From: Vermamoeba vermiformis
Taxonomy: Eukaryota
Length of the DNA: 64,000 nucleotides
Direction of reading: 5' to 3'
NCBI GenBank assembly: GCA_045837725.1
Contig: JBEWZL010000138.1
Span: forward strand, 1 to 64,000
Shown here: positions 38,790-52,011 of the stretch, in pieces
How positions within the stretch are numbered: the first letter of the stretch is position 1
Layout of the letters: each line of letters starts with the position of its first letter
Notes under the pieces: model-generated
What the model was told of the DNA's origin: nothing
What the model saw: only the letters and a program-made list of their open reading frames with translations
Database searches by the model: none
Made by a program: the position numbers and the translations under genes

Positions 38790-41231
38790 ATGGATTGGAA
38801 CACAGCGCCCGTCGAGCTATTAATAGTTTGTTTAATGAAGCTTGATCGGCTGTCCGATCTTTCAAACGCTTCGTTAGTAAATAGACAATGGAACCTAACG
38901 ACCACCCATCAATGCCTATGGCGAGTACGTAATTATGTGAGCCCATATTTTTTATTAAAACGCTGTAGGTATTTCATAACACGAGTTTCGGATCGTGCAG
39001 AAGCTTCGAACAAGCAAATCCGGCCGATTGGAAGAATTTAGTAAAGGAAATGACAATCTCCGTACGAAATGTACAAGCTGCACGGTATGTAATTGCAAAA
39101 TAATAATTTCAGAATTAAATGTAACGGATCGATTCTAATTGCAAACTCGCGATATCCAGTTCTATTTATAGCTCGCGATTCCGATTCTAAACATGATCCC
39201 ATATCTAGATATATTAGTAGAAGCCTATCGTGCAATCAACCAGTCTCAGTCGAGACGAAAATAGCTGAACAACATGCGTGCACTTTTCATGGCGATTACG
39301 CCCTAATCAACTGGGTCGAAACTGACACCGAACGAATGTAAGATAGTATTATGCGAGTATATAGTAGTCTAATGGTGTATTATAGGGACACCGGCGAAGA
39401 TTTCTTTTCGCGGATGAACAGCGAATTGATCAACTTGAGAACAGAAGAGCGGATCAAGGTACGTCAATACCACTCAATGATAGTAGGACTATAACTCATG
39501 TATATTATAGGGACCTTATGGATATATGCTCTTCAATCACTATATTCTGTACGCGGTACGTATTTTATGATGGTTCCAGAAGTTTTCGGAAGGTTCTGAC
39601 GGAGGCGATATTCAAAAATAGGCGAATCAAGTCGCGTTACACGTAATGCAAATGGAGGAAATTTCTTTTGCAAAATTTAACGGGCGATATCCCTACCAAA
39701 ACGAATTGAAGCGATTTCCTGCAAAAGTTTATAGTCCATCGTTTGCGTACATAATTTCGAATACGAGGCTCGAGTCTAGCATTATTGTCATTGTATATGC
39801 TGTAAATAATTCATGCCAGTAAGTATATTCATCGATTTGTGGTTTGCAAGTGACACATCTAACAAACCTATATTTTCAGCGACTCATTTTGTATATATAA
39901 CGTTGATACTGAGGAGATTTTATCGACTGGAACACTCAAAAAGCAATCGTTCACATTGCTAAACGATGATTTCTTTGTTGTCTCAACGGTGAGTCTAAAT
40001 CCGGATCCAAACCCGAAATTGGCTTCTAAATTCTCCGTTCCGTAGGACTCCGAAGTATCAGTCTTGCACATTCCATCATCTAATCGAACGGTATTTCAAT
40101 TGCCGGTCCAAAAGCCTTATCCTGTCTCGTTTGAAAATATGCAGGTACGCCGCGTAACGAGAAAACAAATAAGAATTTTTCTTAGTCTAATTATTATTGT
40201 TATTAGATCGTCTTTGCACGCGATAAGTTCATCATTAGTTGGGACTACTGTACGGGCAATTACAACATTACTCCGTTCCCGCTATCTTTTCCTTCAGAGG
40301 TACGTTGCGTTGCGCGGATCTTTTCCTTTTATGGGTAATGTTCCAATCTAACCTTCCATTGCATTGTTTAGTACCGCGCCGCCATTAAATACGGTAGTTT
40401 AATCGTATGCGCGAGATCTAAGGCCCTTTATGCGTTCGACATGCGACATCCAACGGAGCCTCTTCGAACACTTTCGATCAAGCAAGAAGAAGAAGAGATT
40501 TGTGAGCTAACGTGGCCGAAAATACATAAAGTAAGCAGCGGTGACATATTGTACGAGATTTTAAAAGCGTATCTAACGATTATTTACTTTGTAGTTGAAA
40601 AATGGGTGCTTGATCCACCACGACGCGGTGATGATGGCAAAGTTCGATTTCCGCGAATCTTTCCTGTCCCAAAGAATAGCGGTGATGGTTACTTCACCTA
40701 AGTATATGATTCAGGTTTGTACATCGTCTTAATAGTCAGATCCCATGCCCGCGTACTGACTGTTTTTATTTCAGTTTGTCGAGATCTACGCGTATCAAAT
40801 GCAACTATTGATTAGTACTATGCTTACTAAGAGTAGCAACACTGTCTCGTTCTATGTTGCTGGCGATAAACCAACGGAACGGTACATCCAAAAACACCGA
40901 ATCATTACGGGCGAGCTTTGTACTAATCATTACATCGTAATATAGATATGGAGTTGTATGTTCAGTAGATCAAACGCAGCCTAATCGAAAGAAGAATGAA
41001 CTTGCGATCCAGGCGTTTGAAAAGAAAAAGAACCTAATTACGCCCGAAAACTACCAACAAGAGTGTTGTAATTTCTTTAATTCGAATTGTTACCCTATTT
41101 CGTTGCTGACGAATGTACACGCGGCAAATGGAACTGCAATAACGTTCTACGAAGAGGTTATCGATGGCGAATGGAAATTATCGACTCCAAGCCAATGGCA
41201 TACTGATTGTTGCTTGAATTTCAAACAATAA
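38790..41231 (+). CDS. F-box protein with uncharacterised beta-rich C-terminal region
   Basis: MDWNTAPVELLIVCLMKLDRLSDLSNASLVNRQWNLTTTHQCLWR; many short GT-AG-bounded exons; last exon ends WHTDCCLNFKQ*. Internal exon structure not fully verified. Confidence 0.7.
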
Positions 41232-41371
41232 TCGTTGTAATATATTGAACCTTATTTATTTGTACATAAAGCACAAAAATTCAGACGACCCATGCATTTT
41301 ATTTTGCCCGAACCAGATTCGGGTTTTTTCAGCTTCCCGAATTACAAACACAACAAAAGGTTCGCATTTCT

Positions 41372-43272
41372 ATGTCTCAGAATTTAGATGCAGTAATAGC
41401 AGACAACAGCAATGGTGCTGGGGCGAGCATCACAGATCAGGTAAATAAACGTTGAAAGGGCATTTATAACGCAGCCTTACGGAGAACCAAATGTATTAAA
41501 ATTCGTTATCGTGCATATTAAGCATTATTTGGTTGCAGAAAACAAATAGCAAATTAGTTGTGCGAATCTATTAACAATTTTCGATTTTGCAGATCCTTGC
41601 CCGGGCGGAGGCGCGGAGATTGAAGGCTATGCAAAATGGAATTGGTAAATATTAATTTTTTGAACGGGATTATGAACCAAATTGCGCATTTCTCAGTCGT
41701 GTTTTATTCTGCCTCCGCATCCGTTTTTTCAGCTTCTTTTTTGCATTATTAACCAGTTAAAAATTAGAAATTGCGAAAGCATTGAATGTAGCAGCTGATT
41801 CTCTCGGATGGGACGACGAAGAAGTCAATAGAAATTTAAAGATATTATTGGACAACAAAATGGATCTGGATATCATAGCGGGCATGGATGACAAGACTAT
41901 ATTAGCGTTCAATCTATCATACAGCTTAATTGCTCGTGTAAAAGCAAATCACGTCAAATTCCAGACGAATATGATGCTAAATCCGCACATGGCCGAGGTC
42001 CTCTTGCGGCAATCAAGTCTTACCACCTCACAACTTCTCAATAATGTAAATAATATCGTAGCCCCTAGCACGCCACCTAGTGTAAGTAAGATTAATTTTC
42101 GTGTTGCGCAATGCATTCCCAAGGCCAAATTTGTTCGAACAAGATCTAGATCCGCTCAACATTAGAGGCACATATTTATGACAGCTTAGTAGATTTAACT
42201 AGTATTAATCGTGTTTTTATCGTGCAGGTGCCGCTTGAAACTCGATTTCCATCTTTCTCGGGCTATCCTATGTTAGCAACTCCAAACACGTCGCTCGAAG
42301 AAGCACATCCGAGACCGGAAGTTGAGGTAAATGGAAAGGCTTAGTTAACATTCTATAGTTGTATTATATATAATGACGGAACACGACCAGAGGATATTAA
42401 CAATTTATTTTGCCGTAGAATGAACGTCCCACGAAAAGGCAAAAGCAGTCGGGTTTGACCAAAGAGTCAATCGAGGAGAAAATTCGCAAAAATCAAAAAA
42501 TTATGGACAGTTTTCCAGAAGGAGCAGAATTTGAAGTAATTTCTGAATCCAAGTTCTTTTGCAAGCTATGCAAGTCAACGATAAAAATTCATGGTACGTT
42601 CGACCCGTTGCTAACGACCTCTTAAAGATCTTCAATATCTAATTATAACATTCTATAGCTGGTGATATTTCTGGCATTACGGAGCATTGCTACGGTAAAT
42701 TTGCCAAGGGAAGTAACAACCCGAACAACAACGGCAAGACTTCAAAGCATTGGGCCAGAGTTTTAGCATTAAAACAAGGACAAACGCCAGCAGTGTATGT
42801 ATTATATAATCTTATTGATAGTTAATTATTCGATCGAGTAGCGGGATCCGAATCTAAATCCGATTTTAACTTTTTGTGTCAGGACTAAGATTGGCAAGTT
42901 GCAGCGAAAAAATCGTAGAGAAGAGAGTCAAAAGCAAGGCAAGGTATTGTGTTATTGTTTGCAAGAAGTTGGAATGGTCCAAGGCAAAAAAGGCCTGTTG
43001 TTCCGATGCTCGCAAGTCAACAAATGTCCGTTCAAGCGACGAGCAGAGAGTGATATTAATGTGTAAGTTAATGATATATATTGATAGTAGCCCGGCAAGT
43101 ACAACATGCTAATATATATTTTATTGTTAGACTAAGCGATGACGACGATATTGATGACGCGCTACAGGTCGAGGAACAACAACCGTTACAGCTGGATGCG
43201 ATGAATTTAATGTTCACGCAGTTATTGCAACAACAAGCAAGTTATATTAATAACACGAATAAACCTGAGTGA
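41372..43272 (+). CDS. Putative nuclear protein with SAM-like domain and C2H2/BED-like zinc finger
   Basis: MSQNLDAVIAD...; LGWDDEEVNRNLKILLDNKMDLDIIAGMDDKTILAFNLSYSLIARV (SAM-like); RPTKRQK NLS; FFCKLCKSTIKIH|AGDISGITEHC...KTSKH. Confidence 0.6.
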
Positions 43273-43395
43273 TTAATTGTGTCTCCTGATCTGTTGACTT
43301 TTGATGTTTTTTTGTCAACGACGATTTCAACTTCTTTATTATGATTTTATTTTTACAAGACTTCCACCAAATATCAATAAGCATATTTGGAAAAC

Positions 43396-45908
43396 ATGAA
43401 GGTGACGCATGGCGAGATATATGGCTGGGGAAGTAATGTAAGATCCTTTAATTCAGAATGTCGCAAGATTAGATCTTAGTCTTTTGCTGAATTAAAATTA
43501 CTAAAATTAATGCAATATTATATAGGTGTATGGCCAGCTCGCTATTGGGTCTAACTCCACATGTGATTCCAGCTAAAATTAATTTGCCGTCACAAGTACC
43601 TGTCCGCCAGATTGACTGCGGGTTCTATCACTCGGTTGCATTACTAGAAGATGGTTCATTATATTCGTGGGGTCGTTCGATGGAGGTAAGCGATCGGCAT
43701 CTGGAATTCTGTAACCGTCTGTCGCTCATGAATCAAATTATTAGGGACAATTAGGATTAGGAAAAGATGCCATAACAACTCCAATTATAGCAGAGCCAAG
43801 AAAAGTTGACATTGAATTTAATCCTGTCCAGATCTCATGGTAAGCGATAAAAAATTGTTGCATTTACCTCCATTTTATTTTTATTCACGTCAATAGTGGT
43901 CGATATCATACTACGGCATTAGATCAATATGGACAAGTATACGAGACGGGTCGAGACACCCATTTTTCATTCAGTTTGGTCAAAATGCCAAACAACGTGA
44001 AAATCCAACAAATCGCCTCTGGTGGAGTGTGGTCGTACGCCTTAACAGTAACAGGCGATGTATATAGATGGGGTGGGTTGGTCAGAGAAGAGAATAGGAA
44101 GGTTTCTCTGATTAAAGACATTCCTACATTGGTTCGATTAATCGGTGGATTTGGCGCGGTGACTGGAATAACTCAAACAGGAGGTAAACCTTCTCTATTA
44201 TACACACCATGATATTATACATAATACCTATATGAATACGATATTAATAATGCTTTTTTAAGACGTTTGGCGCTATGGAGATCATGGATCTGTTTCTAGT
44301 AAACAGAATCTCGTGCGCATGGAAGTATCAGGACTCAATACAGCAGCGTCATTAGATGTTTCGGGCGTATTAACTGCTTGGAAATGCGATCCTGTAACGA
44401 GAACGCCGATCTCTTCTCCAACAGAGGTTGGTGGAGTTTTCACTGGCCATTACGGAAGAGAAATTAGCGCAGGAGATCGTAAGTACATTACAACACTTAT
44501 CTATAATAATTTATTCTCAATGTACCGGATCGCATCTGACATTATTTTTTCAGATCACGTGGTCGTATTAGGAGCTCACGTTGCACAGAGAATTCCACGA
44601 GTATTCTGCTTCGGAACTTCAAATACTTACGGTCAGGTAATAAATAGCAAAAATAGTCAAAAAAAGAGTTCTGAATCCAGTTCGCGGATGTCAAATTTTA
44701 AGTAGTTTTGCTAACCTATTTATTAAGCTTGGTAGTGATGCGTCGAAAGATCCCAACGCATCAGTATCGCTATTGAATCCTATTGAAGTTAAGTCACTTG
44801 AAGGAGTTGAACTGGCGCAAGTTCGATGCGGTGGATATCACACATTAATTTTGGCGGGAAATTGGATCGGTTCAAATACCGGCCTGGCCAATGAACTAAG
44901 AGCGGCAAGGACTGGTGAATTACTGACAGACATGGAATTTCACGTTGATGGCACGGTGTTTAAGGCTCACAAAGCGGTCGTGTCGGCACGCTGTTTGCGA
45001 CATAAGAAACACACGCTGCAAATGGATTTGAAGCACAATTCTGTGGTCAACGTAGAGCACGTGACACCTCAAGAATTTGCTACATTTATGGAGTTCTTAT
45101 ACACTGACACTTGTCCGATCGATAAGGCTCAAATCAAGGGTCTCGAAAAATTAGCGGATCTGTTTGGAGCCGAACGGTTGAAGATTTTATTGCGTACAGA
45201 CCCTAAATTGAACAAAAAGAAAGCCTTGCATGAAGTACCTAATTTGGCCAATGATATGGAGGCCTTGCTGTCAAGTCGAGATTTCAGCGACATTTCATTT
45301 GACTTCAATGGAAAACATGTGGCTGCTCACAAAGTAAGTCTCAAACTACATTATAATAGCTTAGCTTCATACAAAAACATTTGTTTTTGTGGTTGGATTC
45401 GAACTAAAGTTTTCATCGCAGTTCGTGTTGGCTGCAAGATGTCCCTATTACAACGCATTATGGCGCCAAGGCTGGCAAGAAAGTGCACAATCAGTGCTGC
45501 AATTAGGCGAAGAAATTTCAGCCACGTCATTTCAGCAATTTTTGAAGTACATTTACACCGACATTTTTGACGTGGACGGCGACAGCGTTTTAGACGTGCT
45601 TAGATTATCACATAAGATTCAAATGAGCTCGTTGAAAAATCTTTGTGAGAGATTTGTTTCTGGATCTGTTGACGTCGATAACGTTTGCGGCCTTTATCAA
45701 CTTGCTTCCGAACTCAACTCGGCCGCAATTAAAAATATGTGTTTGAAATTCCTCGAAAAGGTAGGATTATTATAATACAACCAATAGTTAATTAACTGTT
45801 TTTTTAAAGGAGTTCAAAAATTCAGCAGTACAGAAAGATTTGAAGGATCTGCCACCGGACGTCAGAAAAGAGATCGAAAATCATGTTCGTACGCAATCGC
45901 GAAAGTAA
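43396..45908 (+). CDS. RCC1-repeat + tandem BTB protein (RCBTB/IBTK-like), one apparent frameshift
   Basis: IYGWGSN|VYGQLAIG; QIDCGFYHSVALLEDGSLYSWG; QVRCGGYHTLIL; TDMEFHVDGTVFKAHKAVVSARC; SDISFDFNGKHVAAHK|FVLAARCPYY; frame break near 43550-43562. Confidence 0.88.
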
Positions 45909-46310
45909 AGGTAGTGTCAAACACTGATATTTATGTTTTTTCGTAAACATCAATCGGTGATCAGAGAATTCGTTTCTTGTCCGCAGACCGAATTCGTTGT
46001 GTTTGGATCTGCCGGCAGTTGTCCACGCTAATTGAATTGCAATTCCCTTTTCTACCGGTCTAAGATTTTATTTCTAATGTTCCTAGAATCCGTTCAAGGA
46101 AATAAATCTTTGCAAAGATTGTTCTTGCTCACATCCATTATTCGCTCGAGAAAAATAGTTCGTAGCCGAAGGAAGACTCCGCCTAAAATATCTTGAACTA
46201 TAGAGACTAATGGGCATTTTTTAAGTCTGGAAAATTCAGGAGAAGATTCGCTAGGGCTTAAAAAAATCAAATTTTTTGCCACTTATTTTTATTGTACCGA
46301 ACAACACAAC

Positions 46311-46832
46311 ATGCAACAGTTCATCTTATTCAGTATTTTAATTTCAGTAGCGGTTGCACAACCATGCTCCATCTGGGGGCCTGATTATTACTTATGTATC
46401 GAGCACGGATGCGCCTTTTGTGAAGCAAACTTCACGCGTTGCCAGATCCCTCCAACAGACCCCTTAGAACATTGCCACTACGGAGACACTGTCGAACAAC
46501 CTTATCCTCTTCAAGATGGCGTGACTTATATTTCGAATAGTACTGTTTATGTCGACTATTACAACGGATACGACAACTACGTTTTTGTTGTTAAAGACCG
46601 AAAGGCCCCAATAATTGTAGTAGTGCAGCAAAATCAACCAGGCACTTCGGTTATATATATGTCTCAAAAGGCTCCTCAACCAGATCCAAACAACTGGACT
46701 TGGGCTTTCGCTTCTCAGTCCTTCACTATTGTTGGAAACGCTACGAAGCCGCTCTCTGCTGGTCCATTGTACTTTGGTGTGGCTAATTCTAAATCGCTGG
46801 GCTACTCAATTACCGTCTCTACCACTAAATAA
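46311..46832 (+). CDS. Small secreted protein (Cys-rich N-terminus, beta-sandwich-like C-terminus), single exon
   Basis: Intact 173-aa ORF; signal peptide MQQFILFSILISVAVA; A-rich leader (acaacacaac) like neighbouring genes. Confidence 0.75.
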   Translation: MQQFILFSILISVAVAQPCSIWGPDYYLCIEHGCAFCEANFTRCQIPPTDPLEHCHYGDTVEQPYPLQDGVTYISNSTVYVDYYNGYDNYVFVVKDRKAPIIVVVQQNQPGTSVIYMSQKAPQPDPNNWTWAFASQSFTIVGNATKPLSAGPLYFGVANSKSLGYSITVSTTK

Positions 46833-47252
46833 AATCAAAAATACTTTGTTTTGTTTTTATTTGTATTTTTACGTTTACTCTCGATTTACAATTTCTTAAA
46901 AATTAAATTACCGGTAATTGAAATATTGGCCCAATTTTAGGGCTAAAATTAGTTTATGTTAAATTGTTTCATCGGCAGGATTGGATCGGAAGCGGATTTA
47001 CAACTCGCCTGACCGGATCGCGTACAGATGAACAAAAACTAATACAACTCTTATTGTAACAATCGTTTCTTTAATTGAATATTCTTCTCGAGAGTTTAAA
47101 TTCTAGACCAGTACTTTTCTTGAAGATGACCCCTTCAAAAAACGCTTGTCCAGAAAATCCATTCCGAGAAATACTTTGTCTTGCTATTTGTTACAACAAA
47201 GTGCATCGTGCATAAGAAGAGTAGAATTTTGTTCTTGCACACACTCGGCATT

Positions 47253-48609
47253 TTATTTAGCAATTTTCCTTCGTTTGTTTGTGTTTTCAACTCCCCCCTT
47301 GTTTTCGCGCGTGTCGCCCTCACTTTCCTTATTAGGCAATTCTGCTTCGCTAGCTTTTCGTTTCAAATTGGGCTTGGCTAACTTGTTATTAAGTTCTGCC
47401 AAAAAATTCAAATTTTTCTTCGGGGCTGCTGGTGCTTGATCTTTGCTATTATTATCTTCCTTATTATTATCTTCGACTATAATAGCATCGTTATTCTCGC
47501 TATTTTTCTCCGAATTGTTTTCATTAATTTTAATCACGCCTTGTTCGATCAATTCATTTCGTTCTTTTTCCAATTGTTCCGCTGGATTTTTCTTGCTCGG
47601 CGGTCGATGTATCGTTTTAGCTTTTTTAGGCTATAATTAAAAACACTCATTAATTACACTACATATGAGTTTGATAGTGCTATTGATATCGAAAGTGCAA
47701 ATCACATCCAGATCTGTCATACTTGCACTTGATAAAAACAACAATAATATAATAATATAATATGTATTACAATAATATAATAGTATCTTACTTACCACTG
47801 ATAATAATGTTGGGTTTTCGTTCAATTTCTTTGTAACAGTATTGTCTTTTTGTTCGGATCCACCTCCGCTTTTTTCACCCGTTGTTGTGTCACTTGTCTT
47901 ATCTTCATTTGTGCTATTCATATCATTCGTATTGTTATTGATAATGTTATTATTATTATTGTTAGTGGTGTTGTCTTGTTCGGATCCAATCTGCGGTTGA
48001 GATTGTGACACTGAAATTCCAGTTTCATCGTCCGAGCCTTCTTCTTCAATTTCTTCGGGCGGAGGTTGTTTGCGCACGAAAAATGAGGAAATCTTGGCTT
48101 GTTTCTATAAAAGGAAATATTGTTACGGTTAATATTTGCATAAATTTTTCGCTGTTAAAGAAATTCTTACCGGTTTAAAAACATCTGATGACAAAGCAGG
48201 TGTTTTATGTGGCCCTAAATTAAGAATTATTACTATATATGGTAATTAAATACTAGTTTCGTACCTAATGTGATCGTAGTTGATAACGACATGGAAAATG
48301 GACAATGATCGGATCCAAATTGATACGGCAAATATTCCGCTTTCACGAGTTTTTCCGCTAAATTCTTGGTGGCAAATCCAAAGTCAATGCGCCAGCCTTT
48401 GTCGTCAATGCGTGAAGTGCCTTTAGGGTCCCACCACGAATACGCTCGTTTGTCGCCGTGCACGTGTCTGAATGCGTCGACGAATCCGCTCTCGAGGAAC
48501 GATGTCACCCACGCTCGTTCTTTGGGCAAGTATCCGTTGACAGTATCCTAATTAGGAAATTTAGGACTGACATAGTTGAAAAAATTAAAAAATTTTTTTT
48601 ATTTTTTTT

Positions 48610-48668
<59 letters not shown>

Positions 48669-49531
48669 AAAAATATTAAGTGATATTGTATGTATATATA
48701 TGGATTGTATAATGTACGTACATCAGGCCTGTGCGTGTCCAATTCAGTGTGCGCCGTGTTGACATCACCGACGACAATGATTTCGCGGCCCTGGGCTATC
48801 AAACCCTTGCACATTTCACGGAACCAATCATAAAAATCGTGCTTGTACTGTCGCCTATCATCGCCCTAATATAATAAAATTAAGAATTTTTGCAAAGATT
48901 CGGTTTTGGATTTGGATCGAACTGATCGGATCCCGTTTTTTGACTTACAGATCCGCCGTTTGGAAAATAGACATTGAATAATATATACTGTCCATGATCG
49001 GTCATTATAACACGTCCTTCTTCGTCAAATTTCTTCTCGCCAAAGACGTTTTTGGCATCTAAAGTCAAACCTTTCTTGACAAATGTAGCGACGCCTGAGT
49101 AACCCTAAAAAATCGTTAAAAATAATTAATTTAATTTTAATTATTACCTTTTTCTTCTTAGAAAAGGACCAGAAGGATTCATAGCCCGGCACGTGAACGA
49201 GTTTATCATCGACCCAGTCCAATGAACTTATTTTTGTTTCCTAAATATTTAGAAAATTATGGTAATGTATTGTAAGTGTTTATTAGCAAAAGATCAATAT
49301 TTTCAAGCTGATCTAGATTTTCGCGCTATTTTTGAAAATAAAAGATTTGTTGTGGACTTACCTGAAAGCAAAATATATCGGCATTGTACTTCTTAAATAG
49401 GCTTTCTAATGATTTTCCATCTAATTTCGGTGTCACGGCACGTAATCCTGATTTTAAAGAGTTAATTCCTCGATCGCCAAAACAATGTCTCTGTAATTAC
49501 CGTTTACGTTCCAAGACAGTATATTGGTCAT
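47253..49531 (-). CDS. APEX2: ExoIII-family AP endonuclease, APE2-like (PIP box)
   Basis: [65 protein letters not shown] box QAKISSFF; low-complexity tail ending KRRKIAK*. Confidence 0.9.
48593..48664. repeat. Long poly-T tract inside an APE2 intron
   Basis: About 70 nt nearly pure T. Confidence 0.8.
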
Positions 49532-49631
49532 ATTAACAAGTATTATACAATATTTACAAGTTGATTTGTGGTCAGATGTTTGCTAAAGCAAGATGTAGAT
49601 GCGACAAAAATTTTAATTGAAATTTATTTAT

Positions 49632-51873
49632 TTACTGGAAACAATATTTAAACAACATCGGTACATTTTCTTTTCCTAACACTCGCCAAGCCAAGATATC
49701 GATATAATCAGAGACTATTATCTCTCTGGCGGCACCTTCAAATTTCTTGACTTGCACCACTACTTGTTGCAAAAACCCTTCAAAATTCTGCATGTCTATA
49801 TTTAGATCAACTTCAATCTGACAATACATGTCCGGATTGCTCGGGTCACCGCTCAAAGGCTCTTCTAATAGGGGTTGATAGCGTTGTTTGTACAGCACTT
49901 GCATGAAGTCCATTGCTTCAAAACCTAATAAAAAATCCATTAAATACATATTCTTATGATAAATAAAGAAAAAATTTCTCAAAAAATTGGTGCAAAACTG
50001 GATCCAGCCTGAAAAATTTTTATTCGTAATAAGCTTGTGATATTTAAAGTTAACTTGTAATAGTTAAACTATTGTGGTTATATTATTGAAATCATATTTA
50101 ACTCGATGTGGGCACTTACCAGTGCGTTCCAAGAGCTCTGAAATGATGTATCGCAAGACGTGCAGCTTGAGGCCCAGATTGAGGTCGGACTTAATCTTCA
50201 ACATCTTTTTGAACAGTTCTTGATACATTTCTTGCAGCGTGTCATCGGTCCACACGTTCACTGAAATGCCTGCGTCGTTGTTGATCACGTGATGGAACCA
50301 CAAAGGCGGCAAGTACAACATGTCACCGGCTTTCAACGTGACCTAAAAATAGAAGCTAATTAAGCATTTACACCGATATTCCATGAATATAAATACCGTT
50401 TGTACAGCATAAAATTAATAAATATTGGAATTGAAAATAAAATTTGCAATTTTGTTGGATCCGTGTAAGGGACGTACTTCGAGGGCACCGGTAACATCTG
50501 CAAATTTCGGAAACGTTTCCAAATCAATTGCAGTGAGATTGGCTTGAGTTCTACGATGATGTGGATGAACGCGAGGGAACAAGTAAATGTTCTTGTGGTT
50601 CTCGGGGGGCAACAACAGGAAGGTCTTCGTTCCCGTGATTTGAACGAAGAAATTGTAGCTCAAGTCGTAGTGCATTTGCGTTGTGACTCCTAAATGCAAA
50701 ATCATTAATATTATACTCAATATATAATGATCCATATCTTGCTCTGATAAGGCCAGATCCGTCTTTATTTTTACTCTGTACAATTTCAAATAAACCACTA
50801 TTCATAATAACTTACCTTTACTGCCGTACCAAAATTGGATTTTTTGAGGTAAATCTTTAGTCGGTTCCGGGCTTAAAATGTTGACGGGACTCAAATCCGC
50901 TAACAGATCTTTCGAAGCAGCACCCAGATGCTTAATAGACTGCGAATAATAATAGTACCCGAATGTTTCAGGCTTAAGAGACTTCTCGAACAGCTCTTTG
51001 ACGGTCATTTCAATCACTTCATAGGGTCTTTGGCCGTAAGTCTGGTCGTACACCTCCGCTCCATCTCGATATAAATAAATTGTTGGAATACTCGAATGAA
51101 ATACGCCACCCATTTTACTCTTAGGACCTTTATATTTCAAATAATTATTAGACGATGCTACGATAAAAATGAATCTCGAGCGGAGATTTTCTTCAGATCC
51201 AGTTTCATGAACGTCATTATACTTGACAATATGACTAAAGTCATAATAGCTATAATTATTTAAGGCACGTACCTAGTTTTTTTACCAAGAATTCGCGGTT
51301 CCATTTGCCCAACGCTTTCCAATCGCGATGTATTTGAGTGCCAGATTGGAATACAATGGGCTTATTACGCGCAATGGCCTTTAAAATATTAATTAATTCC
51401 AAGTTTAATTGAATTCCTAACGTAACGGGCTCTTTTGAAGATCTTGTGTATTTTAATTGTAATTTTTAAATAGCACCGGCAAAATTAAAAATTAATTAAT
51501 TAATTTGTTACAACTTACTCGCTGGGCAAAAGGTTTGTTAGGGTCTTTCCAATCAACTCGCTTAACTTCACCGATTTTCAACAGATCCCGGTAATGTTTT
51601 GGAGGGATTACTTCTTTATCTCGATTTACTACCCTAATATTTTTTCTTACGTAAGGGTAGTTCATATGATCGTATTAATTTAATTAATTATCCAATTATT
51701 CATGAATAAATATTTGAATTTTATTTCTACCTGAAAGTGCCTGTCTGGCCGCCAAAACAGCCCTCGCCAACGCATTCAAAATCACCTCCTTCTACAGATA
51801 CAAGCACATCTTGCGCTAGAACGCAAAATACTAGCGATGAAACAATAAGACAACGGATGAAACTTGGAGTCAT
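49632..51873 (-). CDS. JmjC/Cupin_8 2-oxoglutarate/Fe oxygenase with signal peptide
   Basis: [26 protein letters not shown]...[33 protein letters not shown] (HxD); [17 protein letters not shown] (distal His); ISVNVW. Confidence 0.88.
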
Positions 51874-52011
51874 TTCTGAATCTACCAATAATTAATTGTA
51901 ACTCTTCCACATGTGATTGATTTATTAGCTTACCTATTGTTTCATCGTTCTCGCACGGTTAAATTGAAAGAAAAAATATTTGGACCGTTATTTTTTTACC
52001 GCGCAACACAG

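Noticed and set aside
38377..38823. 148-aa ORF upstream of the F-box gene
   Set aside because: TTG start, no recognisable motifs, and it overlaps the F-box ATG out of frame; probably promoter/UTR.
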